Part shown: positions 40,831 to 56,216 of the stretch, piece by piece
Numbering within the stretch: the stretch's first letter is position 1
Layout: each line of letters opens with the position of its first letter
NCBI RefSeq assembly: GCF_026210795.1
Contig: NC_089429.1
Coordinates: forward strand, 434,001-498,000
Reading direction: 5' to 3'
DNA: 64,000 bases
DNA from: Rhizophagus irregularis
Taxonomy: Eukaryota
Translations under genes and position numbers: made by a program
The notes under the pieces: model-generated
Database searches by the model: none
The model's input: only the letters and a program-made list of their open reading frames with translations
What the model was told of the DNA's origin: nothing

Positions 40831-42726
40831 TTTATTAGAAATGTATTGTATGTGAGATTTTTTAAATAAGAAATTGCACATATATACAGATATATCTAGT
40901 ACTAGCAAGAACAGTAAAAAAAAGGATGCCAATTTTTTTTCTTTCTTGTTAAGCGTGACTTGTAGTATCTTGAGATATGAATAATCGATAAAATATATTT
41001 TTTACTTGTATTACATGCATTATTATTTTGGAACCTCTTATTAAATATATGTATATATATATTTGTATATATTTTGTGTATAATATATAAATATATATAT
41101 ATATTTTTTTTTTGGTTTTTTTTTTTTATGATAAACTTATTCTCAAAAGATATTGTTATCCTTTTTGAAAAATTATTTAGGCGATCTATTTAGGTATTTT
41201 GTTGTAAAGGCCTTTGCTGAACCGTCTGAAGATGATGAATGAAGATAGTTCAATTGACTAAATAATAATCGACCCAAAAAAATGAAGTGCAACAGAAACA
41301 AAGAGATTGACAATGAATAGAGTCCGTACTTTATGGATTATTTGTATTTCGTATATACAAAAACCATCGAAAAAAGAATCATTCCGTTTACGAGGCTTCC
41401 TCTTTCAGCTTTTACTTCTATACCTTAAATCCTTAATGTACCTAAATAATCAAGTGATGGTTCATTTGATTCCATATCGAAAGAATGACTTTCAACTCGA
41501 AGCTGATAATTCTCAATTATAGTAATATAAAATTTCGAACTTTTTTATATAATCATCATAAAATAAGTCATATGACTTTAAGTTAATGACCATTGTATAA
41601 TAGTAATAGATTTAAATAATAATAATAAACGATATAACAAATTTTTTTTTTTATACGTAATACTTTAAAAATTTAGTCTTACATATTAATATAAATTTAT
41701 TATTTGATCTTTTGGATATAGACGGAATTTCCTGTAATAACTGATCAGATCATCACAGAAAAGGTAACAGGTAAATTTATTTTTATTCTTGTACTATTTA
41801 TTGGTTCTTTTCTCACGTATTTAAATAAAACAATGATTAATTTGGTGTGCAATGATTGAATGATACATGTGAATATATTATTAACTTTTTGGAATCTTGG
41901 AGTTTTTATAACCAGAAATATTCCACAAATTTACATATCAAGAAAAAACAACGGATTGATAAGTTATTCTACTAACCTAAACATACGATTTTTCTTTTTT
42001 TTTTTAAAAAAAAATGATTCACATAATAGGTCAAATTAATTTATGATGTAATAAAGTATGTAAGTACGTAAAATCAAATACATTATTAATCGATATTCTA
42101 CATGTTTCTATACAGCCAAGAATTCGAAAAGAAGAAGTAATTGATTATAACTTTTATGATATAACAACAAAGAATATTTAATTAATATTACTTATTACGG
42201 GCTATCATTATACAATACAAATTTTTGCCATGCGGAAGATCCGTGGGATCTAAAAAAAAATAATTGTATTTGTAATCGTACAACTTCGATCAATACATAT
42301 TTGGTATATTTTGATTACTAAATATATTACGGAAATACGGAACGTTTAATTCACCGTTATAATATTATATCATGATATTAAGTATAAATATACCCCCTTT
42401 CAAGGACATCGGTATTGTTTTCTCCGTTTCCGCATCCTCAAATTTTTTAAAAAATTTTTCTCTATGATAGTCGGCTTATAATAAATTATTATCCTGTTCG
42501 TTGTACTGTGTAGTAAAAGAAGGAATTATTAAACTTTAACAAATTAGGTATCCCGTTTGTCGTTCACTGGCCTTTTTTTATTTACGTGGTAAATAATGTT
42601 TTTTTTTATTTTCTGGGAACCGGGATATTTCGTTTTTGTAATATCCTGCATATGACGATATTCTTTCGATTATTACCTACATAGTAATATTATAATATTA
42701 TACTATTTTATATCAGATTATAATCG

Positions 42727-45565
42727 ATGGACCCTCCCACATTCATAACCTCCGATATAGATACTGATAATTTAGTATCTGCAAATAACCTTGAAGGACA
42801 AGCCATAAAAAGAAAACGTTTGACTCAAGCATGTGACGCGTGTCGAAAGAAAAAAGTTAAATGTAGTGGTGACAAGCCTTCATGCAATAATTGTACGCGA
42901 CTTGGTACAACATGTACCTACCTACCTAGTACACGTAAAAGAGGCCCTAGAGTTGGCCTCGTGGAAAGTTTGGAGAAACGTCTCCAACAAATGGAAAAAC
43001 TTTTACAACCACTTAAAGAACAAGGAATTGTTGATACCCCTGAAGATAAAAAACCAATAAAGAAACCACGGTTAGATTCAAAGAATACCGAAACCGATAA
43101 TTCAAATATTCCTGTTAATCCTTATAATGAACGACATTCACAACAATCATTTAGTAGTCAAACAGAATTTATTAATATTTTTTCCCAACCACCACAAACG
43201 GAACAACAGCAGCAGCATTCTCAACAAAAACAAACTTCAAACATAGATAGTTCAAACAATATAACAAATGAAGAGGAGGAGGAGGAGGAAGAAGAAGAAG
43301 AAGACCTTATATTTTTCGGAAATTCAGCAGCAGCTCCAGGATATGTTAATCAAAGAGAAGCTTTTGTCCATTGTGATCGAGATCCACCTATAAAATCCGA
43401 ACCTTCGGAAATTAATGAACATTCATCTCCGACTGAGTTTAGTAATTCGGCTGAAAATATTCCGATATATTCACCAATAACTTCTATTGTTAGTAATAGA
43501 AATAATGGATTGCCACCGGAAGATATTGTTGAACATCTTGTCGCTTGTTACTTTCGTCATATAGATATTCAAACGTCGATGTTTCACGAGGCCACTTTTA
43601 TGAGACAATTAAGACAGAATAAAATTTCTCCTTTTTTAATATATGCAATATGTGCTGTAACAGCAAAGTAAATTTTTTTTAAATTGGTTTATTAAGTAGT
43701 TTCATTCTTTATTTAAAAAACTAATATTTTATATAATTTCTTCATAATAAATTAATAAACCCAGATATTCTGAACATCAATCTATCGTTCAGAAACTTCC
43801 TTATATGTCCGGCGAACCTTTTGCAGCTATTGCTATAACCAAATATTTATTTGGGACGTTTGATAATCCTTCCGTTGAAAATGTTCAAGGTTTTTATTAA
43901 TTATTTGATTTTTTTTTTAATTTTAATATATTATATTAACTTAAAAAATTTTCTTTTTTTTATATTCTTACCATTGCAGGTTTGATATTAATAACTACAC
44001 ACATGTACGGTGTAGGTAAAGGACCAAGTGCATGGATGTACACAGGATTAGCAGTAAGAATGGCTCAAGAGTTGGGTCTTCATAAAGTAGATGAAGCAGG
44101 ATCCAAACCAAATTCTGAAGGAATTTTCATTCAAAATGAGGTTAGAAGACGTACATTTTGGGCTTGTTTCCGACTTGACAGACTTGCAGCTTGTGCACTT
44201 GGTCGACCAACATTAATCGATGAGGATGATTGTGACGTGAGATTACCTTGTAATGAAACAATCTGGAATTTAGAACATCCCTTTGAAAGTCCATTAATTG
44301 ATGAAATCTTCAAAGAAGATCATATTAAACGTGGTACTCGTTTATCCCTTACAAATATAGGAATGGGTGCATGTCTTGTTAGTGTTACAGCTTTACTTGG
44401 ACGCGTTTGTCAACATGTTAATAGATCAAAACCATATGATGCATTGCCACCTTGGGATTCCAATTCCAAATTTGCTGAATTAGAAAATGAATTGGATACA
44501 TGGTACAAATCATTAACGCCTCATTATACTTATACCAGGGAAAGAATGCAACAATTAATGGCTGATGGAACGGGAACAACGTTCACGTTGGTTCATTTAC
44601 TTTATTATTCAGCTATTGTAGTATTAAATCGACCAAATCTTATTTCCCTTCAAAATAATGAAGTAATGGATTGCCATATAAATTTTATGCAAGCGTCAGC
44701 CAAGAGATGTTGTACTGCGTCAAAGGTAATCTCTTCCATAGCAGAAGATATTGTTCGTTATGGATGTCATATATGTTCATTTGCTTTATATCCTGTATTT
44801 GTTACCACAACTATTCATCTCAATAACATTTATAGTGAAGATATTAATATTGCAGAAGATGCTAAAAAGAATTTATCTATAAATGAACAATTTATAAAGT
44901 TAATGGAACCTTATTGGGCAATTGCGTCTAAATTATTACTTATTGTCAAGGAGATGAGAAAGGTTCTAGATACGCAATATAATAAAGGAAATAATTCAGA
45001 ACAAGGAGAAGAAATTTCTATCAACACAGGATTTAAAAGTTATTTGAACCGGGTTAGTAATAACAATTCTTTAATTGGATCAACAACAACAACAACAACA
45101 ACATCATCATCATCAACAACCAACCTTGATAATATTATTATACCCGAACAATTATTATCACCACGTTGGTATAACGATACAACAATTATGGGAGATTCTT
45201 GGACTAGTTTCCTTCGTTCACCCGGTCCTTTTTCACCTAGTATGTTACGTTTAATGAAAAAAGAAAATGATAATTCAAATAATTCAAATCAAGATAATTC
45301 GTATGATTATTTTTCACAAGATTTAACAACATATAATGCGCCAACTACACTAGTTTATGATGGATATCCAATGATTGATATGTCATTGGATTGGTCCACG
45401 ACAGGTAGAGTATTTCCATTAAATCGTCCTATAAAACATTGGACTGACATCAATGGAAATGTTATGAATTCAGCGATTGAAGGTACTACTCCTACAACTT
45501 TTACCCCTTCATTAGCCACAACTACTTCTACAGGTGAAATTAATATAGATTCACTTCTTATATAA
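42727..45565 (+). CDS. Zn(II)2Cys6 transcription factor with fungal-specific TF domain, 3 exons
   Basis: ACDACRKKKVKC..CNNC..C cluster, AVRMAQELGLH and RRRTFWACFRLD. Confidence 0.93.
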
Positions 45566-46152
45566 TAATTCGAATAATAATTTAAAAAAAAAAAATATTT
45601 GATTGAAGTTATTGTATACATATTTATTAGATTTGTATTATAGATTTTATATGTAACATAATTGTAAGATGTTAAGGAATCATTTATATGTTCATAATTT
45701 TATAATTTGAAATTTTTTTACTGTAAACTCATGAAAAAACATGACCAAACTTTTTAAGTTTATTAAAATTATATATTTTTTTTATTTATAATAAATATTT
45801 TATATAACTATAAATTGAATTTACAAACAAGCGAAAAAATTGTTAAGGGGATAGTAGAGTATTTAAAGCAATGATTTAGTAAAAAAAAATTTAGAGTACA
45901 AGAAAAAAAAATAGATAAGAGAAAAAGTAACAAAAAAATAAAATAAAATAAAATAAAATAAAAAAATATTCAAAGCAATAAAAAACTCTTATCCACTAAC
46001 AAATAGTGAAATAATAAAAAGCCGTTGATAAATAACATGGAATCTACACTATAGAAATTTCTTGTCATTCATTGATTTTTAGGTGTATTTTGGCCATTCG
46101 TAGGTTTTCTAGTGCACAAACTAAATTATTATAGAAAAAAGTTCAGTAGATG

Positions 46153-47475
46153 TTATGGTGGATATTTCCTCCAATCACGTGGAACACGCTTCAGTCTTGA
46201 AGCGCTCCCACGCAGAGCCTTTACGGATCTCATCCTTCGTTTCTTTTTGAAACGATGGGTGAGTTCCAAGATGACAACGTCGTCAGCAAATACCATCCGA
46301 TTGCCCAATAGAAGAGAATTCTTCCGTTGACCAATCGTAGTCCAAAAAACTATCGAGAAGGTCAACAATAGTTGCTTCAGTATTTGTGTTGGAAGCTTCC
46401 AAATCGGGAAAGAATGGATTTGTGACAACGTCCCGTAAAGGTTCCACATCTTGACGTGCCGCTGCTGGGACTTCTTGGAGGACTCTCTTGCATTGGAGAC
46501 GTACCTAGAGGAAGATTCTAGTATCTCATTCTGAATGTCGTTAAAAGATGTGTTTTCTTCCTTACCATCATTCAACGCAAGAGAGTCGGATTCCAAGGTC
46601 GCGGATGCTGCTGATCCGCGAACACCATCAAGTAGGACTTTGGTCATCTCGGATACGGTAATATGTGACTGGATTTCGGCAAGCTGTGCTGAAATTGTAT
46701 CAAGCTTAGCGGATAAGGCCATATTTTCTTCTTCAACAATTTTCAATCGTTTCGAAAGGTGGGTGTTTTCTTCTTTAAGAAGAACATTTTGAGATTCAAG
46801 GTCTGCCATTTGCCGTCGTTTCTTGTCACGTGACATTTGAGCAGCATGACGATTTCGAAGTATTCTAAAATTTTGTTGAAACTAAGTAAAAAGGAAAAAA
46901 AGCTTAAAAATACATATATTTTCCACATTGGATCAATACCTTTCACGCTGTCTTTGCTCTTTTTCTTCTAAACTTTCGGCTTTCCTCTTTCGACCCCCCG
47001 TTGCTTTCTTTTTATTACTGTCTTCTTCATTGGCAGCAGGAGATGATGAATGTTCTGAACCATCAACTTCATCAGAACGAGGCGACGAAACGGATGAATT
47101 AAATAAGGCTGGTTGAATTGGTTTCACAGGTGTAACAGGAGCGTGGTTGATTACCGGTAGTGAAGAATTTGGTGTCGAAGAATAAATATTACTAACTTCC
47201 GCAAGTTTACGCAACTCTTCTACACTAATGAAATCCTGATATGTAAAAATACTATTTTGCGGTACGGGAACGATATTGGATTGTTGTGATTCTGAAGTAT
47301 TCTTTAATTCGTGGGCGGAAGCCGACAAATTTGTAGGATAAATAAATGTAGAAGCCGTTCCCATAAGTTGCGAAATACCTGTTTCGCCTGATATGTTTGA
47401 GGTCACCATGTCCTCACTATTCCAAGTATGTGAGGTGATATTACATTTTTCAGAGCTAGAGTTATTTGAGGACAT
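46153..47475 (-). CDS. HAC1: HAC1/XBP1-like bZIP transcription factor. Spliceosomal intron 46939-46865; unspliced form 415 aa; predicted IRE1-spliced form 323 aa ending at 46283
   Basis: RKRKA..EEKEQR..RILRNRHAAQMSRDKKR basic region with leucine zipper, followed by two IRE1-consensus stem-loops. Confidence 0.88.
46465..46610 (-). other. Predicted IRE1-excised unconventional intron, 146 nt
   Basis: Two 7-nt CAG^CAGC loops (46613-46607, 46467-46461). The first is closed by a perfect 7-bp stem. Excision shifts the frame into an acidic ORF. Confidence 0.82.
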
Positions 47476-47764
47476 GGTGACCTGTATACGTATTTTTAAT
47501 TATTGATACAGCTTGAGCCAGTTTCAAGTAAGTTTAGGTAATAAGGTTTTTTTTTTTTTTTACAAAAAGTTAAAATTTTCTAACAATGGATGGATGAGAG
47601 AAAAAGATGTATTAATAAAAATTTTTTGTGAAGGCTGAATAAATGTGGCTTTTAAATGAGGCCCAAATTTTCAATTGCGATTTTAATTGGTTAATTAATT
47701 TTAGGTTTAAAATGTGTCTAACTTTGATTGGTATTATAATAACTAACATTTATAACAAGTGAAA

Positions 47765-47783
47765 TGTGGTCGACGATGATTGG
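47765..47783 (-). promoter_or_regulatory. ERSE-like element CCAAT-N9-CCACA upstream of the HAC1-like gene
   Basis: The minus strand reads CCAAT CATCGTCGA CCACA, about 290 bp upstream of the ATG. Confidence 0.45.
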
Positions 47784-48574
47784 TTGATTAAATATTTGAA
47801 CTTTATTAAAAACTTCGCCAAACTTCGCCACGCATGGCAGTGTGTCGCATTTTTACTGCGGTTTTTTGTTTCAGAGAAACGAAAACACTATAATTTTCAT
47901 TAACCTCATATTTAGATTCTTTGTAATTTAAAAACTAAAAAAAAAATTCAGAAACATATCATTGAAATTTTACTAAATCAAAAAAAAAAAAGAGAAATTG
48001 TAAGTCGTTCTTTTGATTTTATTTCTCAAGGAAAACTTGTTATAGACTATGGTTTTGTGGGCTAAGTTGAATAAAAAAAACAATTGATCGAGGCTTGATA
48101 TTTGTTAAAGCCTAACCTAAAAATCAAAAAAGTTGTATCAAATGAGGCTGAAAAAGCTAAATTTGGACAAAAATGGCTTATTATTTTAATTAAAGTCAAC
48201 TTTAGTATGGCAATTTTCGGCTGGATCTCACCCGCACCTGCCACGAGGCGCGCGGCGCAGTGAATTTTCACTGTCGGATTCGATCGCTTGATATCAGCTT
48301 CAAAATTTCGAATGATGGGCTAGGAAAATCAAGGAAATTATGGCTTTTTAATTATGAACATCACATATGGCAAAGTAAAAATTGCGGCAATTTAAAAAAT
48401 GATTTACTGCGTCACAATAAGATTTTTATAATCGAAATTTACATAAAAATCTTTATTTTTAATTTAATAAAAAAATGAAAAATATATGTAAACATATTTA
48501 AAATTTTTAAATAATTGAAATTTTTTTTAAATGTCCTCAAATAAATGAATTTATGTTAACTATTATAATATTAT

Positions 48575-50121
48575 TTATAATTCTTCTTTCTGATGAGTCA
48601 AATGTTCCTTCATCTGTTCATAACTCTCACCAACACTCTCAGCACCGCTAGAAACCTTATTATAAGCAACATTATATCCTTCTTCAACCTTTTGAGTAGC
48701 AGAGTCATAAGTATCAGCTGCATAATCACGGACGGCAGCCATTCGAGTTCTTAATGCGTCAGTAAAGGATTCAACTTTTTCCTCGTTAAGGTCACGGGCA
48801 TCCGTCAAACCTCCAAGCTTCTCCTGGATGGTTTCTGATAAAATCTTTGTCTGTTCTGCAGTTAGTTGTTGAGTGGATGATACATTATCCTCTATTTGTT
48901 GTAAAATGGCAGTAACTTTTTGATTGCTCTTTGTTCTGGCATCATTAATAGAAGAGCGAACGACTTCAATAATTTTGTTAATACGTTCTTCTTGAGCCCT
49001 TTTTGTATCATAAACTGTTTGTTTTACTTGCCCGGTAGCAGTATTGTAATAATCTTTTACCGAAGTGAAATAATGGTTGATAGACGATCTAATTTGATTA
49101 AGTTGTTCAACAGTCAAGTCTTTGCCGTCTGTGAGTTTTTGTCCAATAGCATCAACAGAATTTTGAATCTGGTTATTAACGGTAGATAGTTGATGACGTA
49201 ATCTTTCCAAAGTACCCTTAAGGGTAATCGAATTTAATTTTTCATAGGTGGCATTAATTTGTTCAACTGTATACGCTTTACGTTTTGTTAATGTTTCTTG
49301 AACTCCCTGTAATATTAAGGAGATTTGTGTTTCAGTTCGTGCCTTGGCAAAGGCTCCTGCTTCACTCATTTGGTTAATTTCATCCTTAAACCAATTTAAA
49401 GTATCTAGGGAAATTTCTCCAGTTTTTTGAATGTCGTCTTGTACACGATTTACAGTTTTTTGGATAAGAACATCTCTTTTGGCTTGAGCCATTGTGTAGG
49501 ATTTTTGAATGTCATTTAAAGCATTAGTTAGGGTCTTACTGCCTTCGGCTTTTGTTCCTTTTAATCTTTTAATAACCTCGCTAATAGTAGATTGAGTTTG
49601 TTCTTCAGTAAGACCAGTAGTTTGTCGGATAGATTCAATTTGATCAGCTACTTGTTGTACAAACTCGTCGTATTTTTCTTGTTCGTCCGTATTATAATAG
49701 GCTAAATTGAAAAAAATATATCAGAGAAAAGAAGTGGCGCAGTAAACATAATTTTATGATGCTTACTGTCTTTTATCGTATTAACATATTTTGTAACAAA
49801 AGATTCAACAGCTTCGGTCGTAGAATTTGCTTGTTCTTTAACATCTTGCCAATTAGTCTTTACTAGATTCAACAACTCCTGTTTATCAGGAATTCCCTTA
49901 TAGGATACTCGATGCTCTGCTAACCATTCTTTCAATTCATTCGGAGTCCAAGTTGATGGATCGTTTGGAACTATTTTTTTATTAAAAATTTTTTTTCGAT
50001 TTAGATTCATGAAGAAGGTTTTTGTGATTCATACACAAAAATTAAACATACCATAACTTGTTGAAGCGAACGCTACAACAAAAAGTAGGAAAAGTATAAA
50101 GATTCGTCGTGTAATTTTCAT
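48575..50121 (-). CDS. Signal-peptide protein with an Ish1-type repeat, long amphipathic helical region and C-terminal KEEL, 3 exons
   Basis: MKITRRIFILFLLFVVAFAS signal, DPSTWTPNELKEWL..ELLNLV Ish1-like motif, ends HQKEEL. Confidence 0.75.
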
Positions 50122-50517
50122 TTTGTAAAATGTTAAGTAAATAAATTGAGTGAAAAAAAGGTTGATTTCATACATTTATATATATATTTTTCTTATATAT
50201 AATAATTCATCATAATGTCGTAAAAATTATGTGGTTATGTTTTATCATAATTCCGTCAATAAAAGAAATTTATGACTTATTAATGACGAATATTTATTAT
50301 TACTTAATACGTGAAAATATCAGAATGACGTTATGACAATTACAGTAAAAAAGAGATTATATAACCATATCACGAGAAAATTGGGATTATTCCATTTCTA
50401 AATCCTAATCCTTACCTGGGAAAAAATTGTTGATCATGAAATTGGTCGGTACCACAAAATATAAATTTGTATACATTTTTTTACCCCCGTTAACCTTTTT
50501 TCCTAGCTAAAAAATCG

Positions 50518-51623
50518 ATGAAATTTTTTGTAACTGGAGGTTCAGGATATTTAGGACGCAATTTCATTCAATATGCGTTGTCACAAAATGATAATGTCAC
50601 TATAAATGCTTTATCTCGCTCAAGTGTTTCCGATGAAGTAATCTTGAAAACCGTAGGAAATATCAAGAAAGGTCGCGAAAGGATAAGGATAATTCGAGGT
50701 CATATTAATGATGAAAACTCTTTGAAAGAAGGATTGGAGGATGTAGATGTTGTAATCCACATGGCTGCTAAGGTAAACATATGTAACTTTTTTATCTATT
50801 AAAATTTACAATAATCGTTGAATTTTTTTAATACGAATAGGTTCAACCATATGGATATTACGAAGAACATGAAAGAATAAATGTTCAAGGGACAGCTCTT
50901 TTACTTTCACTTATTGAATCGTTACAAAGATCAAATAAACCTCGATTCGTTTATATTTCTTCTTTTGCTGCTCACTTAAGTGATTATTTTCCTATAGATT
51001 CATTACCGGATTGGGCACCATATTCAAAATCAAAATGTCTTTCAGAAAAAGAAATCATGAAATCGTCGTTTGAAGATATTATTATATTAAGATTGGGTTG
51101 GTTGTGGGGTAAAGATGATAGTGTATTGGCACCAATGTTATATAATTTATGTAGAAATCCTATTTGGAAAATTACGCCACAAAGTCTTCCATTATCGATA
51201 ACTCACGTTACAAATGCTTGTGAAGCAATTTATCTTTCTTGTATTACGGAAAAAAATAATAATTCAAAAAGTATTTATGAAATTGAGGATACTGAAGGAA
51301 AAGTTGAAATGGATGATTTTGTAGTATTTTACATTGGTTCAGCTTATAATATTGAACCTCCAAGACCTTTTAAAAATTTTAGAGCTCCAAAATGGTTGGT
51401 TTGGGGTTTAATTACTAGCGTTGAGTATATACCTTTTCTTGGTTATAGTAAAACTTGGATTTTTGATGGTATTAATAGAGAATGTTTAGTTTGTTTATAT
51501 AGAAATTATCAATTAGATAGTACTAATGCTAGGGAAGAACTTAATTATATTGGTAAAGTTTCAAGAGAGCAAGGAATTGCTGAATTAATAGAGTTATCTA
51601 AAAACAAGAATTCGGTATTATAA
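50518..51623 (+). CDS. Extended SDR (NAD-dependent epimerase/dehydratase, 3-beta-HSD-like), 2 exons
   Basis: VTGGSGYLG, VIHMAA, NVQGT, YISS and YSKSK. Confidence 0.88.
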
Positions 51624-52044
51624 CACATATAAAATTGTAAAATGATAAAAATTGATTTTCATGTTCTAATAAAATATCGATAATATTTTTTAATAAAAAA
51701 AGTTTAAAATGTTTTATAACAATACAAATAATAAAAGAAAAATTTCCGAAATCAAAGTATTACGAAAAAAATTATATATTTATATGTATATAACTTTTTT
51801 TTGTTACTAATATTAAAAATATATATATATACTGTATATAAAGAAGAAAAAAAAACAGTCCATAAAATGGAATGAAAACCTGTAATTCAGGGAAACTATT
51901 AAGCAATTACTTTGTTAATGGCAAAACTATATTATTGTAAAAAAGAATTTGTAAATAAAAATGAAACAAAAAAAAAAATTATGAAACAAAAAATAATTTG
52001 TTTAATATATTAAAATAGTAATTATTTATACCAATGAGATTTTC

Positions 52045-56216
<4,172 letters not shown>

